Below, piece after piece: positions 1-11,105 of a DNA stretch of 64,000 nucleotides; the first letter of the stretch is position 1; each line of letters starts with the position of its first letter. Source of the stretch: an uncultured bacterium (GTDB lineage Bacteria > Hydrogenedentota > Hydrogenedentia > Hydrogenedentales > JAEUWI01); assembly GCA_963977445.1 (NCBI GenBank), contig CAXBPH010000003.1:9964-73963 (forward strand). Direction: 5' to 3'. The translations under genes and the position numbers were made by a program. The notes below the pieces were generated by a model. It was not told where the DNA came from. It did not search any database and saw only the letters and a program-made list of their open reading frames with translations.

Positions 1-2
1 TC

Positions 3-989
3 GTTGTTATCGCGATTATCGGGATACTGGCGGCCATATTACTACCAGCCCTGGCCCGCGCTCGGGAAGCGGCCCGTCGGGCGAGTTGCCAGAACAATCT
101 GAAACAACTGGGGCTCGTGGCAAAAATGTATGCCGACGAGAGCAAAGGCAACCTCTATCCCAACCCACAGGGCAATGAATTCGGGGGACTGGATTGCGAA
201 ACGGGCGGCACAAACGCCAGCTTCACCTACAACAGCCCCTATTCAGCTGCGGCCTTCTTCATGCGGATGAAAGAGATCTACCCCGAATATCTGACGGACC
301 AGAATGTTATCTATTGTCCGTCTGATCAGGAGCCCAATGTCTTAAAGAACCCCAATACCGGTGAGGCCTGGGCCCACCTCCCCTGTTCCGACAATGACTT
401 TGGCATTGGCAAAGCCGACATCAGCTACGCCTACACCGCCTGGGTCTATGACGATATCGAAGAAGAAACCATGTCGGTCACGTTCATGAACCCGGACATT
501 CCGGCCGATTGGCTCGCGGCGCCTCAGGTTGTCGGCTACCTTGCGGTCTTACTGGTAGCTGCACCGACACGCAATGTCATCGAAGGCGGTGGCGACCCGG
601 AAACGGCCGTCGGCATCCAGTTTAAGCATACCCAAGAGGACATCAAGTTTTCGGACTATATTCCCTACGACAGTTCCGGCGGCATCAACATGGCCATCAC
701 GGCCAATGGCGGGCCCATAGGTAATGGCGGCAGTGATACCATGTTGCGTTTGCGGGATGGTATTGAACGCTTCCTCATTACCGACATAAACAATGCCGCC
801 GGCTCAGCCCAGGCCCAGAGCAATATCCCGATCATCTATGATCAGGTAAGCGGCACCACCATCGCCTACTACAACCACATCCCCGGCGGCAGCAACGTGC
901 TGTTTATGGATGGTCACGTGGAGTTCCAGAAGTATGGCTCGGGCGGTGTCACTTCGAAAGGCTTCGCGGCGGCCTCTTCAATTCCGTAA
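3..989 (+). CDS. DUF1559-type prepilin-like N-terminal cleavage/methylation protein with C-terminal H-X9-DG motif (5' partial)
   Basis: Frame open from window edge: [37 protein letters not shown]...; C-terminal [18 protein letters not shown]. Confidence 0.9.
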   Translation, partial: VVIAIIGILAAILLPALARAREAARRASCQNNLKQLGLVAKMYADESKGNLYPNPQGNEFGGLDCETGGTNASFTYNSPYSAAAFFMRMKEIYPEYLTDQNVIYCPSDQEPNVLKNPNTGEAWAHLPCSDNDFGIGKADISYAYTAWVYDDIEEETMSVTFMNPDIPADWLAAPQVVGYLAVLLVAAPTRNVIEGGGDPETAVGIQFKHTQEDIKFSDYIPYDSSGGINMAITANGGPIGNGGSDTMLRLRDGIERFLITDINNAAGSAQAQSNIPIIYDQVSGTTIAYYNHIPGGSNVLFMDGHVEFQKYGSGGVTSKGFAAASSIP

Positions 990-1018
990 GCGCAAATCAG
1001 GCCCATTAAGGTCGTTTC

Positions 1019-1052
1019 GACGCCCCGGAGCAAATTTCGGCTCCGGGGCGTC
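1019..1052 (+). terminator. GC-rich hairpin after the DUF1559 gene, probable terminator
   Basis: GACGCCCCGGAGC-8nt-GCTCCGGGGCGTC perfect 13-bp stem; weak U-tract. Confidence 0.55.
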
Positions 1053-1193
1053 CTCCGTTTACAGGGCCCACGGCGCACACGTGGAACGCTGAAAAAGAAT
1101 GTCCGCGCCCCCAGTGCGCAATTGAAAAAAAACCGTGGGAGGGGTATCCTTAAGGTTGGACTGTACTTAGCACCCGTCAGGTAATTTAAATCG

Positions 1194-4100
1194 ATGAAAC
1201 TTGCCATACATAAGATAGCCGGCCTTTCCTTGGGGATTTTTTCGTCCCTGGCCGTTGGTCAACCCGCACCCGATCCCGATTTTTTCACAACGGCCGTCAA
1301 ACCTGTCCTGGAAGCCAACTGCTTCAAGTGCCATGGCGGACGGCCCGCGATTAAAGGAGAATTTCGCATCACAAGCCAGGAAGGCCTTGCCCGGGGCACG
1401 ACCCGGGGCCCTGCGATTGACGTGGAGAACCCGGCAGAGAGCGCCCTGCTCCAGATGATCAGCTACAGCGATGAGCAACATCAGATGCCGCCATCGGGCA
1501 AGCTGTCGCAGGAAGACATTGACACCCTCACAAAATGGGTGACGATGGGTGCCCCATGGGCCCCTGAAGGCGAAGACTTCGGGGTACCGCCTGAGGAACA
1601 TCATGGACCGACAGACAAGGGCAAGGACCACTGGGCGTATCAGCCCGTGACCCGTCCCGACGTGCCCCAGGTAGCCGACCCGAACTGGCAGGCCAATCCT
1701 ATTGATGCCTTCGTCCGGGCCCGACTCGATGGGGCGGGCTTTACCCCGGCCGAACCGGCCTCCCGACAGGTCATGATTCGCCGCCTCTACTATGATCTTA
1801 CCGGCCTCCCCCCCGCCCCCGAAGCGGTGGAAGCCTTTATTCACGACGAACGGCCAGACGCCTATGAACAGCTGGTGGATGCCCTGCTTGCCAGCCCCCA
1901 CTATGGCGAGCGATGGGCCCGGCACTGGCTCGATGTGGTGGGCTATGCGGAAACCCATGGCTTTGAGCGAGATTCCGACAAGCCCTTCATGTGGCGCTAC
2001 CGTGACTATGTCATCGATGCCCTCAATAAAGACAAGCCCTACGACCAATTTGTCCGTGAACAGATTGCGGGCGATGAGATGCCCGAAGCCGGCCCCGAAC
2101 AGTATATCGCGACGGGACTTTATCGCCTTGGCATCTGGGACGATGAGCCCGCCGACAAGGCCCTCGGTCGCTACGATGAGTTGGATGGCATGGTACAAAC
2201 GGTAACCGCTACCTTTCTGGGCTCGACCCTCGGTTGCGCCCGGTGCCACGATCATAAAATCGACCCCTTCCCCACGGTCGACTACTACAGCATGATCGCC
2301 TTCTTCCAGGGCATCAAGTCAACCCAGCGTCAGTCAGAATTAACGCCCGTCATGACGAAAGAAGAACAGGCCGCCTACGACGCCGGGGTGGCCCAGAAGA
2401 ATGCCGATGTCGCCCATATCAATGACCAGATCTATCAGGAGGAGCAGCAATTTCTCACCGCCCTGAATGCCAAGGCGGGCACCGATGCCCCCCCCATTCG
2501 GCGGAGCGATCTCGTCGACCTGAACTTCCGCTTTTACCGTGATACGTGGGAAACACTCCCCGCCTTTGACACCCTCCGGGCCGAAACCGAGGGCAAGCTG
2601 GCCCACAATTTTGTAACCCTGTCGGCCGCGAGTCGTAAGGATGCCATGGGGCTGGTCTTCCAGGGCAAGTTGCGGGTCACAGAAGAAGGCGAACACCAAT
2701 TCAAGATAAAGGCCAAGGATGGCATCCGCCTCACTATCGGCGAGAAGGTCGTCTATGAAGCCGTGGGTACCGGCACCCATGAAGAGACGGTTTCACTCCC
2801 CCTCTGGCCGGGCCAACACGCGTTCCGCGTTGACTATTTCAACACCTATGACGGGCCACTCCTCGACCTCCAGTGGTCCGGGCCCTCCTTCGAGCTTCGC
2901 CCCCTGTCGCTGGACGCACCAACGGCGGAAACGCCCGATGTGCCCAAGCTCATCGCGGCACGTGGTGCTGAAGTCCTCAGTGAAGAAGCCCGCACCCACT
3001 ATGACCAACTCAAAAAAGACCTCAAGGCGACCCAGGACCGACACGTACCGGGTCAGTGGGGCACGACCGTAATTTCCACGGGCCCCCAGGTTGCCGATAC
3101 CCATGTCCTCCTTCGCGGCAACCCCCATGTGGAAGGTGAGCTGGTCCAACCGAATTTCCCGGGCATCTTGAGCCAGGGTGCCGCAGTCGTTCCTCCGGCA
3201 AATTCAGACGCAAAATCGCCGGGCCGTCGTCTCGTCCTCGCCAACTGGCTGGCCAGCACAGAAAATCCCATGACCGCACGGGTGATGATGAATCGAATCT
3301 GGCAATACCATTTTGGACGTGGCATCGTGCGGACCTCCAATGATTTTGGCACCATGGGCGAGCCGCCGACCCACCCCGAATTGCTCGACTGGCTCGCCAG
3401 TGAGTTCGTCGCCCGGGATTGGTCCATAAAATCCATGCACCGCCTGATCTTACTGTCGAACACCTATCGCATGTCGTCCAAGGGCGACGAAACCGCCCTG
3501 GCAAAAGATCCCCGAAACAATCTGCTGTGGCGCTTCGACGTGCGACGTCTGGAAGCCGAAGAAATTCGGGACTCCATGCTCGCTGTAAATGGCAGCCTCA
3601 ATTCCAAAATGGGGGGCCCACAGGTCTTCCCGCCCATGCCGGCCGCCGTGCTGGCCACGTCGTCTACGCCGGATCACGTCTGGGGCAATTCCCCCGTAGA
3701 GGAGCACACCCGTCGCAGCATCTACACCCATGTGAAGCGTTCACTGAAGGACCCTCTGCTGGCCGATTTTGATATGGCCGACACGGAATCGAATTGTGCC
3801 GTGCGCTTTACGACGACCCAGCCTACCCAGGCACTCAACATGCTGAACAGCGACTTCGTAAACACCCAGGCCGAACGACTGGCCACGGAGATCACCGAAG
3901 AAAATGCCGCCAACCTGCAAACGAAGGTGTGGCTGGTCCTGAATAAAGTCACCCAGCGCACGCCGGACAACAGCGAAGTGGATATGGGCCTCGCCTTTAT
4001 CGCCGAGGTCCAGGAGCGCTATGGCTATGATGAGGCCCAGGCCTTTGAGCGATTCTGCCTCCTGGCATTGAATCTGAATGAATTCTTATACGTTGACTAA
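1194..4100 (+). CDS. Planctomycete-type cytochrome c / DUF1549 / DUF1553 protein with an inserted PA14-like domain
   Basis: Signal peptide, CFKCH and CARCHDHK heme motifs, 'HYGERWARHWLDVVGYAET', 'RVMMNRIWQYHFGRGIV', 'PTHPELLDWLA'; central beta-rich PA14-like segment. Confidence 0.9.
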   Translation: MKLAIHKIAGLSLGIFSSLAVGQPAPDPDFFTTAVKPVLEANCFKCHGGRPAIKGEFRITSQEGLARGTTRGPAIDVENPAESALLQMISYSDEQHQMPPSGKLSQEDIDTLTKWVTMGAPWAPEGEDFGVPPEEHHGPTDKGKDHWAYQPVTRPDVPQVADPNWQANPIDAFVRARLDGAGFTPAEPASRQVMIRRLYYDLTGLPPAPEAVEAFIHDERPDAYEQLVDALLASPHYGERWARHWLDVVGYAETHGFERDSDKPFMWRYRDYVIDALNKDKPYDQFVREQIAGDEMPEAGPEQYIATGLYRLGIWDDEPADKALGRYDELDGMVQTVTATFLGSTLGCARCHDHKIDPFPTVDYYSMIAFFQGIKSTQRQSELTPVMTKEEQAAYDAGVAQKNADVAHINDQIYQEEQQFLTALNAKAGTDAPPIRRSDLVDLNFRFYRDTWETLPAFDTLRAETEGKLAHNFVTLSAASRKDAMGLVFQGKLRVTEEGEHQFKIKAKDGIRLTIGEKVVYEAVGTGTHEETVSLPLWPGQHAFRVDYFNTYDGPLLDLQWSGPSFELRPLSLDAPTAETPDVPKLIAARGAEVLSEEARTHYDQLKKDLKATQDRHVPGQWGTTVISTGPQVADTHVLLRGNPHVEGELVQPNFPGILSQGAAVVPPANSDAKSPGRRLVLANWLASTENPMTARVMMNRIWQYHFGRGIVRTSNDFGTMGEPPTHPELLDWLASEFVARDWSIKSMHRLILLSNTYRMSSKGDETALAKDPRNNLLWRFDVRRLEAEEIRDSMLAVNGSLNSKMGGPQVFPPMPAAVLATSSTPDHVWGNSPVEEHTRRSIYTHVKRSLKDPLLADFDMADTESNCAVRFTTTQPTQALNMLNSDFVNTQAERLATEITEENAANLQTKVWLVLNKVTQRTPDNSEVDMGLAFIAEVQERYGYDEAQAFERFCLLALNLNEFLYVD

Positions 4101-4165
4101 ACGCCCCACGGCCCCCCGTATCGGTGGCTGGCCAACGAGGGCGCGTAAGACAGGAGTAAAAAGCG

Positions 4166-5638
4166 ATGGCTGACAATAAACCACGCGGTTCATTTTGCGG
4201 GCGTACCCGCCGGGAATTTCTCACCACCATGGGCGGCGGATTTACCTCCCTGGCCCTGACCGGACTGCTCGCGAAGGATGGCTTCCTGAACAATCAGGCT
4301 TTCGCGGCCGATGGGGTATCTTCCTTTGAAAGTCCCCTCGCCTCAAAGATTGCCATGGCCGCCCCCAAAGCCAAGAGTGTCATCTTCCTCTTCATGTATG
4401 GTGGCCCCAGCCATGTGGATACCTTCGACTACAAGCCCGAGCTGTTCAAGCTGGACGGAAAGACCATTCAGGTTAAAACAGCCGGACGAGGCGGCAAGAA
4501 AAACGAAGGTCGCGTCGTCGGCCCCAAATGGCGATTCAAGCAATATGGCCAATCGGGTGCCTGGGTGTCGGAACTCTTCCCCCATGTCTCCACCTGCGTG
4601 GATGACATCACCTTCCTGAAATCCATGACGGCCGACTCCCCCATTCACGGCTCGGCCATGCTCATGATGAATTCGGGACGCATCCTCAGTGGCAACCCGT
4701 CCATGGGTTCGTGGGTCAACTATGGCCTGGGCTCCATGAACGAAAACCTCCCCGGCTATGTGGTCATGCTCGACAAGACCGGCGGCCCTATCAGCGGTGC
4801 CCAGAACTGGAGCAGCGGCTTCATGCCCGCCAACTACGAGGCCACCGTATTCCGTCCCCAGGGCGACCCCATCCTCAACCTCTCCAATGATCGTGGCATG
4901 TCGCGGGAAGAGCAACGAACGCTCCTGAACCACCTCAACCACTTCAATGACCAGCATCTGGCCGACCGGGTCGACAACAGCGATCTCGCCGCCCGCATCG
5001 CAAGCTATGAGCTGGCCTATAACATGCAAGTCACCGCCCCGGAAGCCGTTGACCTGGCCCAGGAACCGGAGCACGTTAAACGGCTCTACGGCATGGATCA
5101 CGACCGGACGGAAGACTTTGGACGAAAGTGCCTCATGGCCCGGCGCATGGTCGAGCGGGGTGTGCGCTTTGTTCAGCTCTACTCCGGTGGCGCCCACAAC
5201 GACGCCAACTGGGATGCCCACGCCGATCTGCAGGACAACCACAATTACCACGCAGGCAATACGGACAAACCCATTGCCGGCCTCTTGAAAGATCTTAAAC
5301 AGCGGGGACTGCTGGACGAGACCCTGGTCATCTGGGGCGGCGAATTTGGCCGTCAGCCCACGGCGGAATATGAAAAGGGCACGGGCCGCGACCACAATTC
5401 CATGGGCTTCACCATGTGGATGGCCGGTGGCGGCATCAAAGGCGGCATGTCTTACGGCGAGACCGACGAGCTCGGCAGCACCGCCGTAACCAACCGCCTC
5501 CACGTGAAACGTCTCCACGCCACCGTACTCCATCAGATGGGCCTGGACCCCAACCACCTGAGCTATTTCTACAACGGCCTCGATCAGAAGCTCGTCGGTG
5601 TAGAAGGTGCCGAGCCGATCTGGGATATTATCGCGTAG
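4166..5638 (+). CDS. DUF1501 domain-containing protein (Tat-type signal)
   Basis: TRREFL, 'KSVIFLFMYGGPSHVDTFDYKP', 'GGEFGRQP', 'GRDHN'; usual partner of DUF1553 genes. Confidence 0.9.
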   Translation: MADNKPRGSFCGRTRREFLTTMGGGFTSLALTGLLAKDGFLNNQAFAADGVSSFESPLASKIAMAAPKAKSVIFLFMYGGPSHVDTFDYKPELFKLDGKTIQVKTAGRGGKKNEGRVVGPKWRFKQYGQSGAWVSELFPHVSTCVDDITFLKSMTADSPIHGSAMLMMNSGRILSGNPSMGSWVNYGLGSMNENLPGYVVMLDKTGGPISGAQNWSSGFMPANYEATVFRPQGDPILNLSNDRGMSREEQRTLLNHLNHFNDQHLADRVDNSDLAARIASYELAYNMQVTAPEAVDLAQEPEHVKRLYGMDHDRTEDFGRKCLMARRMVERGVRFVQLYSGGAHNDANWDAHADLQDNHNYHAGNTDKPIAGLLKDLKQRGLLDETLVIWGGEFGRQPTAEYEKGTGRDHNSMGFTMWMAGGGIKGGMSYGETDELGSTAVTNRLHVKRLHATVLHQMGLDPNHLSYFYNGLDQKLVGVEGAEPIWDIIA

Positions 5639-5987
5639 GATCGACCTCGTATAGCCCGGCCCCTTCTCGATACGTTGTTTTTTTAACCACAAAGAACGCA
5701 AAGAACACAGAGAAGAGGTAGCCGCAGGGGCGCACAAAACGTCCCTGTGTCTGTTAATTCTTTTAAGTCGTTCCGCGCGATCGGGTTTTGGACGCGACGC
5801 AGGCGCTCCAAAACGCGTTCGTGCGTGGGGACTCGAAATCTGCCGACACCCTGTCACTACTTTCCCCCACCGACGACACCTTCCCTGCAACAACGACAAA
5901 CGCCGCTCCCAGCGGCACGAAAAACCGGGAGCGACGTTTGTTTTGCTTTCCCAGTGATTCACCTTCTCTGGGAATATGGGTTCGAAG

Positions 5988-8921
5988 TCAGCAGGCGGCG
6001 GCGCAGTCCTTTTTCACCTGTCCGATGGCACCGGCCAATTCTTCGGCAGGGGGCAGGTGCAGATAGACAAAGCCGTCGTTAACTTTTACGTCAAAGGTCG
6101 CCACCCGAAGGTTGTCGCCTGAGACGCAAGAGCCGTCTTCGAGAGAGAACTGTTTCTTATGCATGGGGCAGGCCACCTTCGGCACGCCCTCGTCGTCACC
6201 GAGTAATCCACGGGCAAGAACCATGTCTTGCTTGTGGGGACACATATTCTGGGTGGCATACCATTTATCTTCTTCGCCATAACGAAATACGGCTAACTGC
6301 ACCCCGCCGTAGCTGACCGCCATGCCCCCCTCTTCCGGGAAGGTACCCACACGTCCGGCTTTCCACCAGGACTGGGTCGACCATTCAAAGCCATCGGACG
6401 ATTTCGCCACAACAGGCCAGTCCACGGGACGTTTCTGGTCGCGCTCTTCCACGTAGCCGATGGTGGGGTCAGCCTCATCAACGTTGGCAAAGTGCCGGAA
6501 CAAGGCCCGTTTTTCTGGGTTATTCACCACTTCAGCCCATTCGCACTGGTAGGTATCCACCAGTCGGGCCATGTCGGCCTCCAGCACTTCGCACAATCCG
6601 AGCACATCGCCAATAACGACGTCTTTCAGATGGGCGACGCCACCTTCCAACTTTTCCAACCAGACAGAAGTTCGCTGAAGGGGGTCGGCCGTCTGAATGT
6701 AATACATGAGAAAGCGGTCGATGTATTTAATGGCCGTTTCCGTGTCGATTTCCGAGGCAAACAAGTCGGCATGACGGGGTTTGGTACCGCCATTACCGCA
6801 GAGGTAAAGATTCCAGCCTTTGTCGGTGGCAATCAGGCCCACATCCTTGCACTGGGCCTCGGCACACTCTCGGACGCAGCCGGACACGGCAAACTTGAGC
6901 TTGTGGGGCGAGCGAATGCCGCGATAGCGCTCTTCGATCTCGACAGCGAAGGCGGTGGAGTCCTGGACGCCATACCGGCACCAGGTCTGGCCTACGCAAC
7001 TCTTTACGGTACGCACCGACTTACCATAGGCATGACCACTTTCGAAGCCCGCCTCGATGAGCTCTTCCCAAATGTCAGGAAGCTGCTCCACCCGGGCTCC
7101 GAGGAGGTCTACACGCTGGCCGCCGGTAATCTTACAGTAGAGATCATATTTCTTTGCCACCTTACCGATGACGATGAGTTTATCGGGGGTTATTTCCCCA
7201 CCGGGAACGCGGGGTACGACCGAGTAGGTACCCCCTCGTTGGATATTGGCAAGATAACGATCATTGGTATCCTGAATGGTGGCGTGCTTCACAATGTGGT
7301 CATTCCAAAGACTCGCCAGGATGGAGGCCACCACGGGCTTGCAGACTTCGCAGCCCTCGCCGCCGGTGCCACACCCGGCGAGAATCATCCGAAAGTTTGT
7401 GAGCTTCTTCACCTTGACGCTATGGAACAATTCCTGACGACTCATGGGAAAATGGGAGCAGACTACCTTCTTCACCACCACACCGGCCCGCTTGAACTCC
7501 TCGGCCATAATATCTTTCACCAGGGGAATGCAGCCACCGCAGCCCGTACCAGCGCAGGTAGCACTCTGCACATCGCCCAAATCACTGAGTTTGTGTTTCC
7601 GGATGGCGGTGCAAATTGCCCCTTTACTCACATTATTACAGGAGCAAACCTGGGCGTCATCGGGCAGAGATGCGGCGCCAGCAGCGCCGTCTCCCCCACT
7701 CCCCAGGAGCAGGGTCTTGGGTTCTCCCACAATGCCGTCGAGGCTTCGATAGGTGTGCAGCAATTTGGCGTAGTCGGAAGTATCCCCCACCAGAATGCCC
7801 CCAAGAATCTGGCGGCGGTCCTCGGAGAGAATTATTTTCTTATACACGCCACTGACCGTATCCTTCACCACCACCGTGTCACTCTTCGGGCCCTCCGTAT
7901 CAATCGATCCCAGGCTCGCCACTTCCACACCCATCAACTTCAACTTGGTGGACATGTCCGCGCCGGTAAAGTGGGCCTCATGTCCCATGAGGTTTTCCGC
8001 CAGGGTGTCGGCCATCTGGTAACCCGGGCCCACCAAGCCGTAGATCATGCCACCGTGCAGGGCCAACTCGCCGATAGCAAAAACGTTGGGATCATTGGTC
8101 TGCATCGTATCGTCCACGATGACACCACCCCGTTCGCCTACGGCCAATCCAGACTCCCGGGCCAGTTCATCCCGTGGTCGGATACCAGCAGAAATGATGA
8201 GCATGTCCGTGTCGAGTAAGACATCGTCCATAAAGGTGAGGCCCGTAATCGCGCCGTTCCCTTCGATTCGTTTCGTTTGATGCTGAAGCAACACCTTCAC
8301 GCCGAGGGCTTCAATTTCCCGAACCAACAACTTGGAACCTTCGTCGTCGAGCTGACGGGGCATGAGTCGCGGGGCGAACTCCACCACGTGTACATCCAAC
8401 CCCAGGTCGACTACCGCCTTGGCCGCTTCCAGTCCCAAAAGTCCGCCACCAATTACGGTGGCCGTCTTCGAGTTTTTCGCATAGGCTCTTATGGCATCAA
8501 GGTCTTCAATGGTTCGATAGACGAATACGCCTTTTTTATCGACCCCGGCAATGGGCGGCACAAAAGGTGCCGAGCCCGTAGCAAGTACAAGATAGTCGTA
8601 GTGCTCGATGTCACCATCATCGGTAACGATGGTATGGGATTCCCGATCAATCGAAGCCACCCGCTGACTCGTGTGGAGGGTAACGTCGTTGGCTTCATAC
8701 CACCCGAGACCATCCAACGTAAGATCTTCGATGGTGTTCGTTCCGAAGTAACTGGTGAGCTGGACACGGTCATAGGCCGGCCGAGGCTCTTCGCCATAAA
8801 CGACAATATCGTAGTGACTCTTGCCATCGAGTTCTCGGAGTTTTTTGCAGAAACGATGCCCAACCATTCCGTTCCCCACCACCACAACTTTCTTTCGAAT
8901 TATTTCTACGGTTGCTGACAT
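5988..8921 (-). CDS. nirB: Assimilatory NAD(P)H nitrite reductase large subunit fused to a C-terminal NirD-like Rieske domain
   Basis: VVGNGMVG and GGGLLGLE FAD/NAD motifs, two BFD-like clusters, 'KSCVGQTWCRYG' and 'SGCVRECAEA' siroheme/4Fe-4S ligands, C-terminal CPH...CPMH Rieske motif; start at MSATVE (ATG 8921). Confidence 0.93.
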   Translation of the reverse strand: MSATVEIIRKKVVVVGNGMVGHRFCKKLRELDGKSHYDIVVYGEEPRPAYDRVQLTSYFGTNTIEDLTLDGLGWYEANDVTLHTSQRVASIDRESHTIVTDDGDIEHYDYLVLATGSAPFVPPIAGVDKKGVFVYRTIEDLDAIRAYAKNSKTATVIGGGLLGLEAAKAVVDLGLDVHVVEFAPRLMPRQLDDEGSKLLVREIEALGVKVLLQHQTKRIEGNGAITGLTFMDDVLLDTDMLIISAGIRPRDELARESGLAVGERGGVIVDDTMQTNDPNVFAIGELALHGGMIYGLVGPGYQMADTLAENLMGHEAHFTGADMSTKLKLMGVEVASLGSIDTEGPKSDTVVVKDTVSGVYKKIILSEDRRQILGGILVGDTSDYAKLLHTYRSLDGIVGEPKTLLLGSGGDGAAGAASLPDDAQVCSCNNVSKGAICTAIRKHKLSDLGDVQSATCAGTGCGGCIPLVKDIMAEEFKRAGVVVKKVVCSHFPMSRQELFHSVKVKKLTNFRMILAGCGTGGEGCEVCKPVVASILASLWNDHIVKHATIQDTNDRYLANIQRGGTYSVVPRVPGGEITPDKLIVIGKVAKKYDLYCKITGGQRVDLLGARVEQLPDIWEELIEAGFESGHAYGKSVRTVKSCVGQTWCRYGVQDSTAFAVEIEERYRGIRSPHKLKFAVSGCVRECAEAQCKDVGLIATDKGWNLYLCGNGGTKPRHADLFASEIDTETAIKYIDRFLMYYIQTADPLQRTSVWLEKLEGGVAHLKDVVIGDVLGLCEVLEADMARLVDTYQCEWAEVVNNPEKRALFRHFANVDEADPTIGYVEERDQKRPVDWPVVAKSSDGFEWSTQSWWKAGRVGTFPEEGGMAVSYGGVQLAVFRYGEEDKWYATQNMCPHKQDMVLARGLLGDDEGVPKVACPMHKKQFSLEDGSCVSGDNLRVATFDVKVNDGFVYLHLPPAEELAGAIGQVKKDCAAAC

Positions 8922-9047
8922 GGTTTGAAGTTTTCCCGCCCAAGCGACTATGGAAAACACCGCATTTCGCCTAAGAAAGCGTTTCGGTGATTTACCCATT
9001 CAGGAGATCTTCCGACATTTCCGTCATATCGGGATTTGATCGAGAAA

Positions 9048-9064
9048 TGCAATTCTCGTGCCAA
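9048..9064 (-). promoter_or_regulatory. sigma-54 (-24/-12) promoter for nirB
   Basis: Minus strand TTGGCACGAGAATTGCA matches consensus TGGCACG-N4-TTGCW exactly. Confidence 0.85.
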
Positions 9065-9564
9065 TGAGGCCACACGATTCCGGTTTGAGCTGTTTTCCTG
9101 GCTCTCGGAATGGGGCAGTTTGAAAACAATCCACATAAACTAAGGCGTTTACGCACAAAATATGCCAGTTCGCGCCCACCGGGCTTCCTGTCGAAGTCAC
9201 TTCCTCTTGTATTTTGCAATGCTGCGGCCACCGCTAGCCGCCCAGTATCGTCGACAAAAAAACTACATTTCCGTAGGCATAACTCAAAACCATAACCAAT
9301 AGGTACTTTTAAAATCCCCCCACCTCAACGACAAGCAGCATGTGCCAGGAATACAAACTACGTGGTCCATTGTACGCAATCAAGTAACTTTTTACGTATC
9401 TAGATACGTGCTTCTACCCATATCAATAAAGAATATCACCCAATAAAACAAGCAATTTTCATGCAGATTATGCGCCCACCTTTCCGGTAGAAACCGTCGA
9501 CCGATGACGACAATCGCTATCCGTTACCGGGGCGTCAAGGGGCATCCGGGGACCTATTACGCCT

Positions 9565-9580
9565 TTGGCACAGATTTCGC
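9565..9580 (+). promoter_or_regulatory. Candidate sigma-54 promoter for the narK-nasA operon
   Basis: TTGGCACAGATTTCGC, GG-N10-GC spacing, ending 47 bp before the transporter start. Confidence 0.65.
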
Positions 9581-9627
9581 GTTCATAGAGAAAATTTCCT
9601 GGCCTCCCTTACTGAAAGGAATCCTCT

Positions 9628-10974
9628 GTGGATATCAAGCACAAAGCTACCCGGATCGAACTATTTAACTTTAGAACGGTCCAGATGCGAGCCTTCCATA
9701 TGTCGTGGTTTGCTTTCTTTCTTTGCTTTTTTGCCTGGTTCGGCATTGCTCCCATGATGGTTATCGTGCGAGACGAATTGTCCCTCACGAAGGCACAGAT
9801 CGGAAACACGATCATCGCGTCGGTCGCCATCACCATCATTGCGCGCCTGTTTATCGGGTGGCTCTGTGATCGCATCGGCCCCCGTTTAACCTACACGTGG
9901 TTACTCGTTTTCGCGTCGATTCCAGTTATGGGTATCGGGCTGGCCCAGAGTTACGAAACCTTTCTTCTCTTTCGTCTGGGAATTGGTGCCATCGGTGCCT
10001 CATTCGTTATTACCCAATACCACACATCCGTCATGTTTGCACCCAACTGTGTGGGAACGGCCAATGCCACCACGGCCGGCTGGGGCAATCTTGGCGGTGG
10101 TGTTACGCAGATGGTCATGCCCCTGCTTTTCAGCACCCTGCTGGTCATCGGCCTGAGTGAATTCTGGGCGTGGCGAACGGCCATGGTTATCGCTGGCGTA
10201 GTTTGCATGCTTACGGGTGTCGCCTATTATTTTGTTACGCAGGATACGCCGGACGGCAACTTCAAGGACCTCCGTGAACGGGGCCTGATGAGCTCGGCGA
10301 AGGACAACAAAGGTGCCTTTCTGGAGGCGGCGAAAGACTATCGCGTCTGGGCTTTGTTTTTTGTCTATGGCGCGTGTTTCGGCGTAGAACTCACCATCAA
10401 CAACGTCATCGCCCTCTACTACACGGATTACTTCGGCATGGGTATGAAGGCCGCCGGTGCGTTGGCTGCCTGCTTCGGTCTCATGAACTTATTTGCCCGC
10501 ACCCTGGGTGGCTTCTTTGGCGACAAACTTGGCATCAAGTATGGCCTGAAAGGACGGGTCCACTGGCTCACCGTCGCCCTCTTCATCGAAGGTCTTGCCC
10601 TCATGCTCTTCTCGCAGATGACCTTCCTCCCCCTGGCCCTGGGCACCATGATCATTTTCAGCCTCTTCGTGCAGATGTCGGAAGGCGCAACCTTCTCAGT
10701 CGTTCCCTTCATCAACAAACGGGCCCTTGGCGCGGTAGCCGGCATTGTCGGTGCCGGTGGAAACTTTGGTGCCGTATGCGCGGGCTTCCTCTTCAAGTCC
10801 GGTGCCATCACCTGGCCCCAGGCGCTACTTATTCTGGGCGTCATGGTAACCCTCTGTTCTGGGCTTACCGTGTTCGTCCGTTTCAGCGAAGCCGACGAAC
10901 GGGCTGCCGAAGCCGCAAATGAACTCGCTCGGGACATGGAAGACGGGGCTGTTGCGGAACCCGCATCCGCCTAG
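9628..10974 (+). CDS. narK: MFS nitrate/nitrite transporter (NarK/NRT2 family)
   Basis: About 12 TM segments; nitrate signatures 'GTANATTAGWGNLGGG' and 'GIVGAGGNFGA'; nitrate cluster context. Confidence 0.9.
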   Translation: MDIKHKATRIELFNFRTVQMRAFHMSWFAFFLCFFAWFGIAPMMVIVRDELSLTKAQIGNTIIASVAITIIARLFIGWLCDRIGPRLTYTWLLVFASIPVMGIGLAQSYETFLLFRLGIGAIGASFVITQYHTSVMFAPNCVGTANATTAGWGNLGGGVTQMVMPLLFSTLLVIGLSEFWAWRTAMVIAGVVCMLTGVAYYFVTQDTPDGNFKDLRERGLMSSAKDNKGAFLEAAKDYRVWALFFVYGACFGVELTINNVIALYYTDYFGMGMKAAGALAACFGLMNLFARTLGGFFGDKLGIKYGLKGRVHWLTVALFIEGLALMLFSQMTFLPLALGTMIIFSLFVQMSEGATFSVVPFINKRALGAVAGIVGAGGNFGAVCAGFLFKSGAITWPQALLILGVMVTLCSGLTVFVRFSEADERAAEAANELARDMEDGAVAEPASA

Positions 10975-11029
10975 ACATTGTGTTTTCCTGAAATGGGTTA
11001 ACACCAGTAAAAGACCTCTTAATGTCGGG

Positions 11030-11060
11030 ACGGATGGCAGCCAACGTGGCTACCATCCGT
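11030..11060. repeat. Intergenic palindrome between narK and nasA
   Basis: ACGGATGGCAGCCA-ACG-TGGCTACCATCCGT, 14-bp stem with one mismatch. Confidence 0.55.
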
Positions 11061-11105
11061 TGCGACGTTAAACTCAAGCGCGACGAATGCGAAAAGAGTT
11101 ACATT

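Noticed and set aside
4343..8219. Long antisense ORFs (4343-5962 minus, 6492-8219 plus) and similar ones elsewhere
   Set aside because: They overlap well-supported genes on the opposite strand and show no motifs; typical high-GC shadow frames.
9334..9348. Second TGGCAC on the minus strand in the nitrate spacer
   Set aside because: GG-to-GC spacing is 8, not 10.
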